64,000 nucleotides of DNA from Octopus sinensis (taxonomy: Eukaryota). The first letter of the stretch is position 1, and every line of letters begins with the position of its first letter. The stretch covers positions 6,572,001 through 6,636,000 of the forward strand of contig NC_042998.1 in the NCBI RefSeq assembly GCF_006345805.1. Direction: 5' to 3'. Shown one piece after another: positions 39,326 to 51,315 of this stretch. The position numbers and the translations under genes are program-made. Under the pieces are notes generated by a model that was given only the letters and a program-made list of their open reading frames with translations, searched no databases and was not told where the DNA came from.

Positions 39326-39849
39326 CCGTAAATCCTCGAGTATAATCCACATTTTTTTCCCCAAAAATTTAAAGGTCAAAATTCCTAGTGATTACTATTT
39401 ACGAGGTTAAAAATGAAAAATATTTTCTAAGCAATGTCCGAGTCTCTATTTGCTGTCCGGCAATGTTTATTCAGACGCATTTTGAGATGTCGGGTGCGAA
39501 AATACCTTAAGCTAAGCCTGAAAGCAATGAAGTCATAAAAGAATCATCCATAATTTGCAGTAAGCAACATTTATTCAAATAAAAGTATTCAGAACACAGA
39601 ATAACAAGTAACAAATACAATTTGCAAACATATTTACATTCCCATATAACAGTTAAGAACATCACCATTATTGTATTACGCATGCACGGAAATGTTTGTT
39701 CGACTAGGTGCTGCTGGCTTAATTACACACAACCCAAGTTAGAGAAGGGGTGCATATTATACACAAGGTTTAGGTTTTTCAGAGGTACAGCCCCCTAAAA
39801 ATCCCCTGTGTAATATACTCAAGGGTGGACTATACTCGAGGATTTACGG
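39326..39849 (+). mobile_element. Tc1/mariner-type MITE (copy 2)
   Basis: TIRs CCGTAAATCCTCGAGTATA / TATACTCGAGGATTTACGG with a TA target duplication. Confidence 0.9.
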
Positions 39850-40103
39850 TACTCACATCACATGCAGCCTACTTAAGTTACACAATACTGCATGAATCAA
39901 GTGAGAATTCGGCTGTTATTTCTTAATTGGTAGAGCAACCAATATAGGGGCTCCCTCACTTACTCATCAAGACTTTTCCAAGCTGGTCCACAAAAAAATG
40001 TCCCCTCATTGATTCATACCTAGCTAGGCTTGCTGAGATTCACCAAGCACCTTTTGACTTTGCTGAAGTGGGTACAGAGCTGGTCTCTGTTTTTACTGTG
40101 GAG

Positions 40104-40417
40104 CAGTGGTACTTAAACTTTTTCGGGCTGCTACCCGCTTGACACCCAGGCTGCATTCCTAATGCCCCCACCCCATCACAAACACAGACCTTTTTCTGAA
40201 GCAAATTCAAAGCATCTGTATTTCACGAGTAAAACATAACCTAAAACCTAACCTATTGGTGTTGTAGTGGCTGTGTGGTAAGTAGCTTGCTTACCAACCA
40301 CATGGTTCTGGGTTCATTCCTACTGTGTGGAACCTTAGGCAAGTGTCTTCTACTATAGCTTCGGGCTGACCAAAGCCTTGAGGGTGTATTTGGTAGACAG
40401 AAACTGAAAGAAGCCCG

Positions 40418-40479
<62 letters not shown>

Positions 40480-40808
40480 ATGTAGTGTATATTTGTTCCC
40501 CCAACATCGCTTGACAACCGATGCTGGTGTGTTTACGACCCCGTAACTTAGCGGTTCAGCAAAAGAGACTGATAGAATAAGTACTAGGTTTACAAAGAAT
40601 AAGCCCTGGGGTCGATTTGCTTGACTAAAGGCGATGCTCTAGCATGGCCACAGTCAAATGACTGAAATCAGTAAAAAAGTAATGGACCCATTATTTTGTT
40701 GTTTTTACATGAATTCTTACCCCATTATCATCCCACTTTTCTTCAACATCCTCTTGAAACTTTCCACTGCTCCCAGGGGAGCAGTACTACCCAATTTGGG
40801 AACCACTG
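40104..40808 (+). mobile_element. hAT (Charlie-like) MITE with a nested family A SINE (~40262-40680)
   Basis: Ends CAGTGGTACTTAAAC / AATTTGGGAACCACTG; 8-bp TSD CTGTGGAG / CTGTAGAG. Confidence 0.8.
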
Positions 40809-41139
40809 CTGTAGAGTATGGGGCAGTGGGTTTTGCATTATTATTTATACTGGTCAGCACGTGGCTATAGTAGAAGACACTTGCCCAAGGTGCCATGCAG
40901 TGAGACTGAACCTGGAACCATGTGGTTGGGAAGCAAGCTACTTACCACACAGCCATATCTAACATGGAAGTACTTTGTTGAAGAGTTTCTTACCTGGAGC
41001 ATTATTTTTGGGATGAGAGCTTTTTAAGTAATTTCATTAGGATTAGCTCACAGCTGTAACCTAGACCAGTGTCGCATAACCAGCCCACTCTAATGTACCT
41101 TGGATCATAGGGCAACATGCCGTGCTTGAGGAGACCTAC

Positions 41140-41451
41140 TGGGTCAAGTACATCAACATCAACAGCAATATTAAAATCAAATCAAATGGAAATTGTAGTT
41201 GTGAGCCCCATGATGGCAGCATGTAAAAAGTTCATCTGAACGTGGCCGATGCCAGTGCCACTCTGACCGGCTTTGTGCTGGTGGCACGTAAAAAGCACCC
41301 ACAACACTCACGGAGTGGTTGGCGTTAGGAAGGGCATCCAGCTGTAGAAACACTGCCAGATCAGATTGGGGCCTGGTGCAGCCTCCTGGCTTCCCAGACC
41401 CCAGTTGAACTGTACAACCCATGCCAGCATGGAAAACAGATGTTAAACGAC

Positions 41452-41485
<34 letters not shown>

Positions 41486-42185
41486 TTGAGTTGCTGAGCA
41501 TTTGATCTGTTTATTTCAGTTTGTGCAAATAATCCGTTTGTCAAGTGGAGGTGGGATCATTAACCCTTAAAAGATGGAAAAAAATTACCAACACATTTGG
41601 TATACTTTTATTTGTTTCAGTCATTTGACTGCGGCCATGCTGGAGCACCAACTTTAGTCAAACAAATCGATCTCAGGACTTATTCTTTGTAAGCCTAGTA
41701 CTTATTCTATCGATCTCTTTTTCTGAACCGCTATGTTACGGAGGCGTAAACACACACATCTTTTACTTATTCTTTGTAAGCCTAGTACTTATTCTATTGG
41801 TCTCTTTTACCGAACCGCTAAGTTATGGGGATGTAAACACACCAGTATCAGTTGTCAAGCGATGTTGGGGAGACATCTGTGACTCTGACCAAACAGACTA
41901 TCAGATGTTGCTACACATCACTGGTCACAATGCCCTTCGCATTGTTTTAGCCTTCAAATGACGCCACCCCGCTGGCTAAGCGAGCAGGCCAACAGAAGAA
42001 AGAGTGAGAGAAAGTTGTGGTGAAAGAGTACAGCAGGGATCGCCATCACCCCCTGCTGGAGCCTCGTGAAGCTTTAGGTGTTTTCGCTCAATAAACACTC
42101 ACAATGCCCGGTCTAGGAATCGAAACCGCGATTCTACAACCACAAGTCCGCTGCCCTAACCACTGGGCCATTGCGCCTCCACGCC
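41140..42185. mobile_element. SINE cluster: family C (+), partial family A (-) and another tRNA SINE (-, ~41877-42185)
   Basis: The last is homologous to 46996-47385 (head GGAGGCGCAATGGCCCAGTGGTTAGGGCAGCGGACT). Confidence 0.75.
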
Positions 42186-42388
42186 TGCATACATATACAT
42201 CTATAAACCAGATATTATATTTCTGCTCCTGTCAGGAACTAAATTGTCTAAGTTCAGTCTTAGACATGATTGACCATCTGTTCAAGTTGATCACTGCAGG
42301 CAATGTCCTTTAAAGTAGAGGAGACATTCACTGCATTTCAATTTATATTATGTAGTCATCTTTAAAAATAACTTTGCTGTCTCTGCAG

Positions 42389-42458
42389 CATTCTGTGTCT
42401 CCCGTGTTAAAACTATGAGAATGTCAATGATAGACATTGATCTAGACCAAACTGTCGG
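42389..42458 (+). CDS. Candidate 70-nt exon (xFCVSRVKTMRMSMIDIDLDQTVx)
   Basis: Acceptor actttgctgtctctgcag, donor gtagct, phase 1-2. Unique non-repeat sequence. Confidence 0.25.
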
Positions 42459-42957
42459 GTAGCTACTTTCGGCCAAATAACACTAGAAAAATCGTTTCCA
42501 TTAATAAAGGTCAGTAACCAGCTAACACTTAAGTGGAGGCTAACGTTTTTAATCCAGTAAAAAAAATTATTTTTAATCAATTAAAATTGCTTATGTAATG
42601 CCAAGAAAAGTTATTGGCAAGAATTCTTGTCAACAACTAAGGAGATAATTCTAATATCTGAACTGATTAAAAATATCGTTTGCTCTTCCTCCTCTTCGTT
42701 CTCCTCTTCATCTTTCAAATGACAAAATGGAGGATGCATCCCTGTATTTCTTCTTTCTTCATCATGGTGTTGAGCAAGTTGAGAATGTTTAAAATGATCT
42801 TGGTTTTATTAAGCGTGGTAATTAGTCTGCCTAATTTTCCGTCCTCACATCCTCTCCCACGAGAAATGATGAACTGGACAATGACATCGACAGTAACAAC
42901 AGCAACAGAAACATAAACAAAAATGACATATTTGATATCATGTCTTTATATATATAT

Positions 42958-43795
42958 AGGCTTAGGAGTGGCTGTGTGGTAAGTAGCTTGCTTACGAACC
43001 ACATGGTTCCGGGTTCAGTCCCACTGCGTGGCACCTTGGGCAAGTGTCTTCTACTATAGCCTCAGGCCAACCAAAGCATTGTGAGTGGATTTGGTAGACG
43101 GAAACTGAAAGAAGCCCATCGTATATATATATGTATATATATATATATATATGCGTGTGTGTGTTTGTGTGTCTGTGTTTGTCCCCCTAGCATTGCTTGA
43201 CAACCGATGCTGGTGTGTTTATGTCCCCGTCACTTAGCAGTTCGGCAAAAGAGACCGATAGAATAAGTACTGGGCTTACAAAAGAATAAGTCCCGGGGTC
43301 AAGTTGCTCGACTAAAGGTGGTGCTCCAGCATGGCCGCAGTCGAATGACTGAAACAAGTAAAAGAGTAAAAGAGTATATGTATATATAGGCTTAGGAGTG
43401 GCTGTGTGGTAAGTAGCTTGCTTATGAACCACATGGTTCCAGGTTCAGTCCCACTGTGTGGCACCTTGGGCAAGTGTCTTCTACTATAGCCTTGGGCCAA
43501 CCAAAGCCTTGTGAGTGGATTTGGTAGACGGAAACTGAAAGGTGGTGAGCTGACAGAAACGTTAGCCCACCGGGCGAAATGCTTTGTAGTATTTCGTCTG
43601 CCGCTGCATTCTGAGTTCAAATTCTGGCGAGGTTGACTTTGCCTTTCATCCTTTTGGGGGGTCAATAAATTAAGTACCAGTTACGCACTGTGGTCGTTGT
43701 AATTGACTTAATCCGTTTGTCTGTCCTTGTTTGTCCCCTCTATGTTTAGCCCCTTGTAGGCTATAAAAAAATAAGAAACTGAAAGAAGCCCGTCG

Positions 43796-43846
<51 letters not shown>

Positions 43847-44064
43847 TTGTGTGTCTGTATTTATCCCCCCAACATCGCTTGACAACCAATGCTGGTGTGT
43901 TTATGTCTCCGTAACTTAGCGGTTCGGCAAAAGAGACCGATCGAATGAGTACTGGGCTTACAAAGAATAAGTCCTGGGGTTGATTTGCTCAACTAAAAGT
44001 GGTGCTCCAGCATGGCCACAGTCAAATGACTGAAACAAGTAAAAGAGTAAAAGAGTAAAGAGTA
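42958..44064 (+). mobile_element. Tandem SINE family A copies, the second with a nested full-length family B SINE (43542-43774)
   Basis: GAAACTGAAAG is duplicated on both sides of the family B insert. Confidence 0.85.
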
Positions 44065-44271
44065 TAAGCGAGACCAAAGTGTATGCACACCAATATATTT
44101 TTATATATAAAAACTACAAAATGGGGCAAGAACGCAAAACATCCAGAGAGTTAGGTGATACAAAAAAGGGGACAACAAAACACACCTGTCTGGATATTTT
44201 GCATTCTTGTCCCATTTTATAGTTTTTATATATGAAAATATAACAGCATATGTACACTTTGGTCTCTTATA
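44063..44271. repeat. Fold-back inverted repeat (~85-bp arms)
   Basis: 44063-44147 pairs with 44189-44271. 44103-44182 is also the reverse complement of 45307-45390. Confidence 0.8.
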
Positions 44272-45877
44272 TATAAGTATATCATCATCATCATCATCAT
44301 CGTCGTTTAACGTCTGTTTTCCGCGCTAGCACAGGTTGGACGGTTCGACCGGAGTCTGGGAAGCCAGGGGCTGCTCCAGGCTCCAGTCTGATCTGGCAGT
44401 GTTTCTACAGCTGGATGCCCTTCCTAACGCCAACCACTCCGCAAGTGTAGTGGGTGCTTTTTACATGCCACCTGCACAGGTGCCAGGCGAGGCTGGCAAC
44501 GGCCACGGTCGGATTGGTGTATTTGATGTGCCACCGGCACGGAAGCCAGTCGAGGCGGCACTGGCATCGGCCACGTTTGGAAGGTGCTTTTTATGTGCCA
44601 CCGGCACAGAAGCCAGTCGAGGCGGCGCTGGCATCGGCCACGTTCAGATGGTGCTTTTTATATCTAAATTCTTTCTATTCTTTCATTCTTTCCTTCTTTC
44701 TATCAGCCCTTTTACACTTACTTCGTTCATTCCACTTCATTTTTTCATTCCCCCTCTCTCACATTTCCTGGCCTTCTCTTCATGCTCACTTTCCCTCCTC
44801 TTTCGCTTCACACAGTCCCTTTCATTTTTTTGTCGCCCCTCCTTAATTCTTCTATCCCTCTGCCTCTACCTCTCTCTCTTTTCTCCCCATGTGACCGGTG
44901 TTCAGTCAAGCCTGATCTTTCTTTCTTGGTTAGGCTACCATCTGAGCAACATCTATATTCCTCCCTGTGCCTGTCTAATCTTATGTCCCTGCCATAAGGC
45001 TTCATTTCCACACAGGCCAGCTTAATTTAATTCGTCCTTAGTCGAAAGACACCTGTTGTTATGTCTTGTTATTTGCATTTGTATCTGTGTAACATTTCTC
45101 CGTTTTCTTTCCGTCCTTGTTTTCATATACATTTGCTGCTTTCTTCCAAGGAATCTAATGCTCTTAGCTTAGTTTTTCCTTGGGGCTGGCCACATTGGAG
45201 CAATCTCAAGTATAATCAGCTGAAATTGCAAAGATAATCTGGAACTTGACTGAGGAAAGAAAACTCTGAATGACTTGTCTTTGTTTTCTTTGTATCGTCT
45301 GTCTGGATGTTTTGTTGTCCCCTTTTTGTATCACCTAACTATCTGGAAGTTTTGCACTCTTGCCCCATTTTTGTATTTTATATATATATATCGGAGTGGT
45401 TGGCATTTGGAAGGGCATCCAGCTGTAGAAACTCTGCCAAATCAAGATTGGAGCCTGGTACAGCCATCTGGTTTGCCAGCCCTCAGTCAAAATCGTCCAA
45501 CCCATGCTAGCATGGAAAGCGGACGTTAAACAATGATGATGATGATGATGATGATATATAGGTGCAGGCATGGCTGTGTGGTAAGAAGCTTTCTTTCCAA
45601 CCACATGGTTCCAGGTTCAGTCCCATTGTGTGGCATCTTGGGCAAAGTGACTTTCTTCTACCATAGCTTTGGACCAACCAAAGCCTTGTGAGAGTATTTG
45701 GTAGATGGAAACTGAAAGAAGCCTATAGTATATATATAAACTACTGTGTTTTCCAAAATGGAAGTGAACACCTTTCTCCATGTGATTGGCTTAAAAAATT
45801 GTTAAGACACTAGGATATTTTCCTACTTTTTTTAACATGAAACCAATGGTAGCCTTAATTCACAAATTAAGTTATTA

Positions 45878-46614
45878 CTGTAAAAACCCATGTAATTTAC
45901 ACATTTATTCCCACAAAAATAAAAATAGGCCTTAGGGGTGCGTAAATTACATGAGTAGATCATTTCCAGAATTCTTCTTAGAAAATTTGTTTTTGTTGAA
46001 AAAAGTTGTACAAAACATAAACTGGAAGTTGACTCATTCAATGTCAGAATAGGTTTTTACAGAAAAAATAAAGGTTTAGATATAATGATGTTGACTTTTA
46101 TTTATGCTGGCTGGTATAATGCTTACATTTCCTGTATAAATATACTAAAATCATTAATGTTTATTTGTAATTAAATTTAATTTGCAACACCTCTGCACAT
46201 TTATCAGCTTTGGTTTTGTTGATAATTCTTATCAGCAACTTTTCCTTTGATGGTGATTTGACAAGACATACAGAAGTATGCTAAAGATCAGACATAATCT
46301 CTTTTGGGCAAGAAATGTAAAATAAAGTTTATTATAAACAACACAAACACTTTGTAATTTAATAACTTTTAATGTGATTCCTGTTAAACAGAAATCATTT
46401 TTATTTAATGAAAATTTAATAAGATCTAATCATAAGTAAGTGAAATTATGCTAAATACAACTAAATTGAAAACCTTTTCTCCCTGGCCATATTGGCAATT
46501 CTGAAAACTTTTGGGTGCAATTTTTACACGAGTAGAAGCTTTTATTAACAAATTTTATCCTGAAAATCACCTGCCTAAATTTCACAGGTGCACAAATTAC
46601 ATGGGTTTTTATAG
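45878..46614 (+). mobile_element. Tc1/mariner-type MITE (737 bp)
   Basis: TIRs CTGTAAAAACCCATGTAATTT / AAATTACATGGGTTTTTATAG with TA flanks. Confidence 0.8.
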
Positions 46615-46995
46615 TATATCCGCCAATGCAATGTTGAGCATTTATTTTCATCATTCAACATTTTACATGTGTGTGTGTGCGCGCGCACGCGTGTGTGTGT
46701 GTGTGTGTATGTGCGCGCATGCGTGTGTGTATGTGTGTGTGTGTTTGTGTCAGTGTTTGTCTCCCCATCAGTGCTTGACAACCAGTGTTGGTGTGTTTAC
46801 ATCCCTGTAACATTAGTGGTCCAGCCAAAACGACCAACAGAGTAATACTAGGCTTTTAAAAATAGGGGTCAATGTGTCTGACTAAAACCCTTCAAGGCTG
46901 TGCTCCAGCATGGCTGCAGTCAAATAACTGAAACAAGTAAAAGACTAAAAGAATTTGTAGAATATTAAGTTTGGCTTTGAGTTACATTTCAATGT

Positions 46996-47385
46996 GGAGG
47001 CGCAATGGCCCAGTGGTTAGGGCAGCAGACTCGCGGTCATAGGATCGCGGTTTCGATTCCCAGACCGGGCGTTGTGAGTGTTTATTGAGCGAAAACACCT
47101 AAAGCTCCACGAGTCTCCGGCAGAGGGTGGTGGTGATCCCTGCTGTACCCTTTCACCACAACTTTCTCACACTCTTACTTCTTGTTTCTGTTGTACCTTG
47201 TATTTCAAAGGGCCGGCCTTGTCACTCTCTGTGTCACGCTGAATATCCCTGAGAACTACGTTAAGGGTACACGTGTCTGTGGAGAGCTCAGCCACTTACA
47301 CATTAATTTCATGAGCAGGCTGTTCCGTTGATTCAGATCAACCGGAACCCTCGTCATCGTAACCGACGGAGTGCTTCCATCCACA
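46996..47385 (+). mobile_element. tRNA-derived SINE
   Basis: A box TGGCCCAGTGG, B box GGTTTCGATTCCC; body homologous to 41877-42185 and 24870-25190. Confidence 0.8.
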
Positions 47386-47399
47386 TTTCAATGTTTTTG

Positions 47400-47925
47400 A
47401 CTTTGGAGCAAATGGTTTGCAAATCTGTTCTTTGCGTTAGTGTAACTTTTGTGCATGTGATAGTAAATCATTTCTGTACAGTAGTATGGCTGTTTACAAA
47501 CTTCTGTGTATTAATGTAGCTTTTGGGAACAGGGTAGTAAAACATTTCTGCATATTAGTGTAGCTTTTGGACACACTGTTCACAAACTTCTGTGAATTAA
47601 TGTAGCTTTTGGCACTTGATAGTAAATCATTTCTGCATATTAGTGTGGCTTTGAGACACACTGTTTCTAAACCTCATCTGCATGTTATTATGGATTTTAG
47701 ACATAGGGTCTATAAATCACATCTGTATGTCAGTGTGACTTTTCGACAGATGGGTTTGAAAACCACTTGTATGTATTAGTGTGATTTAGAAACGTACGGT
47801 TGGCAAATCATTTCTGCATGTTAATGTCACTTTAGATCACATGGGATTTAAACCATTTCTGAGTGTTACTATAGCTTTTGGATAGATGGTTTGTTAATTA
47901 GTTCTGTGTGTTAATGTAGCACACA
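47400..47925. repeat. Degenerate ~45-bp minisatellite, ~11-12 units
   Basis: Recurring AAATCATTTCTGCAT(A/G)TTA(G/A)TGTAGCTTT.. at 40-46-bp spacing. Confidence 0.75.
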
Positions 47926-48504
47926 GTTAATGGACATACAGTTTAGAAACCAATCCTGATTTTCAAAACTAACCTAAATTTAACCTTCAGATAATAAATC
48001 TAACCTGGGTTTAACTTTTATGTGTTTGGTCTAACCTGAGAATTAGAAAACTATTAAAAGAGTTCATTTACTGATTTTGTAATTAGTACAAAATGAATTT
48101 GTAATTACTACATATAGTAAAGCAGTGAACTGGCAAAATCTGGGTAGATACTTAATGACATTTCGTCAGTCTTCATGTTCTGAGTTCAAATTCTGTCAGG
48201 TCTGACTTTGCCTTTCATCCTTTCAGAGTTGATATGATAAGTACCAGTTGAGCACTGAGGTTGATGTAATCAACTTATCCTCTTCTTCAAAGTTGCTGAT
48301 CTTATACCAAAATTTGAAATCGTGGCTGTGTGGTAAGAAGATTGCTTCCCAACCACATGGTTCCGGGTTCAGTCCCACTGCGTGGCACCTTGAGCAAGTG
48401 TCTTCTACTATAGCCTCAGCCCGACCAAAGCCTTGTGAGTGGATTCAGGATGTAAATCATATTTGAACTCAGATACAAGATTTGAGCTATGAAACATGAT
48501 ATAC

Positions 48505-49038
48505 TACTCTTTTACTCTTTTACTTGTTTCAGTCATTTGACTGTGGCCATGCTAAAGCACTGCCTTTAGTCGAGCAAATCGCCCCCAGGACTTATTCTTT
48601 GTAAGCCTAGTACTTATTCTATCAGTCTCTTTTGCTGAACCACTAAGTTACGGGGACGTAAACACACCAGCATCAGTTGTCAAGCAATGTTGGGGGGACA
48701 AATACAGACACACAAACATACGCACACACACACACACATATATATATATATACACATATATACGATGGGCTTCTTTCAGTTTCTTATTTCTTTATTGCCC
48801 ACAAGGGGCTAAAAATAGAGGGGACAAACAAGGACAGGCAAATGGATTAAGTTGATTACATCGACCCCAGTGCGTAACTGGTAAGATGGACTTCTTTCAG
48901 TTTCCATCTACCAAATCCACTCACAAGGCTTTTGGTCAGCCCGAGGCTATAGTAGAAGACACTTGCCCAAGGTGCCACGCAGTGACCCTGAACCCGGAAC
49001 CATGTGGTTGGTAAGCAAAATACTTACCACACAGCCAC
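48505..49038 (-). mobile_element. SINE family A with a nested truncated family B SINE (48784-48884)
   Basis: 20-bp duplication GATGG(G/A)CTTCTTTCAGTTTC at 48764-48783 and 48885-48904. Confidence 0.85.
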
Positions 49039-49439
49039 ATGACAAAGCCTCTTAATTTGTTATTGTCTTCTCCAAATTCCACTGCCTTAAAACAATAACG
49101 ACAAGAGCATGGATGGAATTGTCACGAGAAAGGAAATAACCCAGAGACATGATGGAAATACATGGCTTGTAATTAAAACCAAATAATCAAGCTCTTATGT
49201 AAATAAGATGAAGAAGAATGTGTAGCAATGGAGAAGATGATAATCATATTCTGTTGTAAGGTAATCAAGTTGAAGATGGAGGAATGGAAATATAGAGACT
49301 ATAGAATAACAGTAAGTTTGCAGCTTTGGCAGAAGGTTAAAGTGAATCGTTTGCAATGCACATTTCAGCCCATTTCATTTTGGTTTCAAATCAAGCCAGA
49401 GATTAGCACCTAACTTAAATGACCCTTGAATCTCTTAAG

Positions 49440-49710
49440 TAACACACGCACACACACACACACACACACAAAACACACACACACACACACACACAACACA
49501 CAAAACACATACACAAACACACACACACAAACACACACACACACACACACACACAAAACACATACACACACACACACACAACACACAAACACACACAAAA
49601 ACACACACACACAACACACAAACACACACACACAAAACACATACACAAACACACACAACACACAAACACACACACACACAAAACACACACACACAAACAC
49701 AAACACACAA

Positions 49711-49742
<32 letters not shown>

Positions 49743-50391
49743 ACACACACTCACACACACACACTCACACACACACACTCACACACACACTCTCTCTCTC
49801 TCTCTTTAGTAACAGTTTATGAAGACATTTTTCGACTTTAATAAAAAGTATATATATATGTGTGTGTTTGTCTCCCATCACTGCTTGACAACTGATGTTG
49901 GTTTGTTTACATTCCTGTACTTAGCGATTTGACAAAAGAGACTGATAGAAAAATTACCAGGCTTAACAAAACAATAAATACTGGGGTTTGTTTCATTTGA
50001 CTCAAAATTCTTGAAAACAGTGCCCCAGCATGGCCTCAGTCTAATGACTGAAACAAGTAAAAGATAAAAAATAGGAGATAAAAGATAAAACGTATCTATA
50101 AATATGTTACTGCATGATAAAAAATACAATGTGTGCATGTGTGTGTGTGTATGTATGTGTGTGTGTCTGTGCGTGTGTTTGTGTATGTGAGTGAGTGAGT
50201 GTGTGTGTGTATGTGTGTGTGTGTGTGTGTTGTGTGTGTGTGTGTGTGTGTGCATGCGTGCGTGTGTTTATGTGTGTTTGTGTGTGTGAGTGAGTGAGTG
50301 AGTGTGTGTGTTTGTGTGTGTGTGTATGTGTGTGTACGTGTGTGTGTGTATGTGTGTGTGCATGCATGCATGTGTGTGTTTGTGTGTGTGT

Positions 50392-50428
<37 letters not shown>

Positions 50429-50515
50429 TGTATGTGTGTGTGTATGTGTGCATGCGTGCGTGTGTTTATGTGTGTGTTTGTGTGTGTGAGTGAGTGAGTG
50501 AGTGTGTGTGTGTGT

Positions 50516-50570
<55 letters not shown>
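49440..50570. repeat. (CA)n-type and (TG)n-type microsatellite blocks flanking a partial SINE
   Basis: Directly visible. Confidence 0.9.
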
Positions 50571-51039
50571 CAGTCATCTTGCTTTTAGGATATACAAACA
50601 TTGAAAAAGAAATTGATGGATGAGAAAGAAAAAAATTGAAAACGGAATAATTTCCATGGCACTAAAGTTTTAACTTCAAAAGACTGTCTTTGCTTTGGCA
50701 GATGAAGAAACATGAGTTGAGAGATTCTAACATCATTCCGATTTCCCATTGCGCTTATATATACAGTTATAGAAAAAAGAAAACGAATTTAGATTTAATT
50801 ATGCAAGAATAATGCTTTGAGGGAAAATGAATGTTGTTTTACTTTTTCACATCCATCAATCCTTTGCACAAAGAATAAAATATGACTAACCCAGTCAAAG
50901 AATCACTCTTGTCAGAAATAAAGATGGTAAAAGCCAACAAGGAACTTTGAATGCATGGCAAAGGCTGTGGAATGTAGGGCAACGAACAAATTCTCAAGAA
51001 GAATCTACATTGGAACACAGTGTGTGTATGCATTCAGCT

Positions 51040-51165
51040 GGTGTACAAACAACAATGCTACATGGTTTTGGAACTTGGACCATGAATGCAGAAGACGGGC
51101 AAATGACTAGAAAGGAACAAGGCTAGTATGCTCTGTTGGGTGTGCAGCATCAGTGTGCATGCATG
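51040..51165 (+). mobile_element. RTE LINE fragment
   Basis: VQTTMLHGFGTWTMNAEDG..LERNKASMLCWVCSISV (degenerate MLHGSETW..MLRW). Confidence 0.55.
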
Positions 51166-51315
51166 ACAAAGTACAAATGTGTTAAGAGTACTAGCGTAAC
51201 TGCGAGGGGGCCACATGACCCGGGCACTGATTGAAGAGGGGTGCCTAATCAAAAGCAAGAAAGATGAGACTTTAAACAATTGTATTTTTTTTTATTACAT
51301 CTCATTTCACACACA

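Noticed and set aside
861-43665. Recurring short ORFs (ASFSFRLPNPLTR.., FLQLDALPNANH.., GHAGAPPL..)
   Set aside because: Read-throughs of SINE families A and C, not a gene family.
45244-45292. CTGAGGAAAGAAAACTCTGAATGAC possible HHR
   Set aside because: GAAA is disrupted and no stem I pairing could be built.
46996-47075. tRNA-like sequences (also the heads at ~1800-1855, 29120 and 42110-42185)
   Set aside because: SINE heads: they lack a pairable acceptor stem and continue into repeat bodies.
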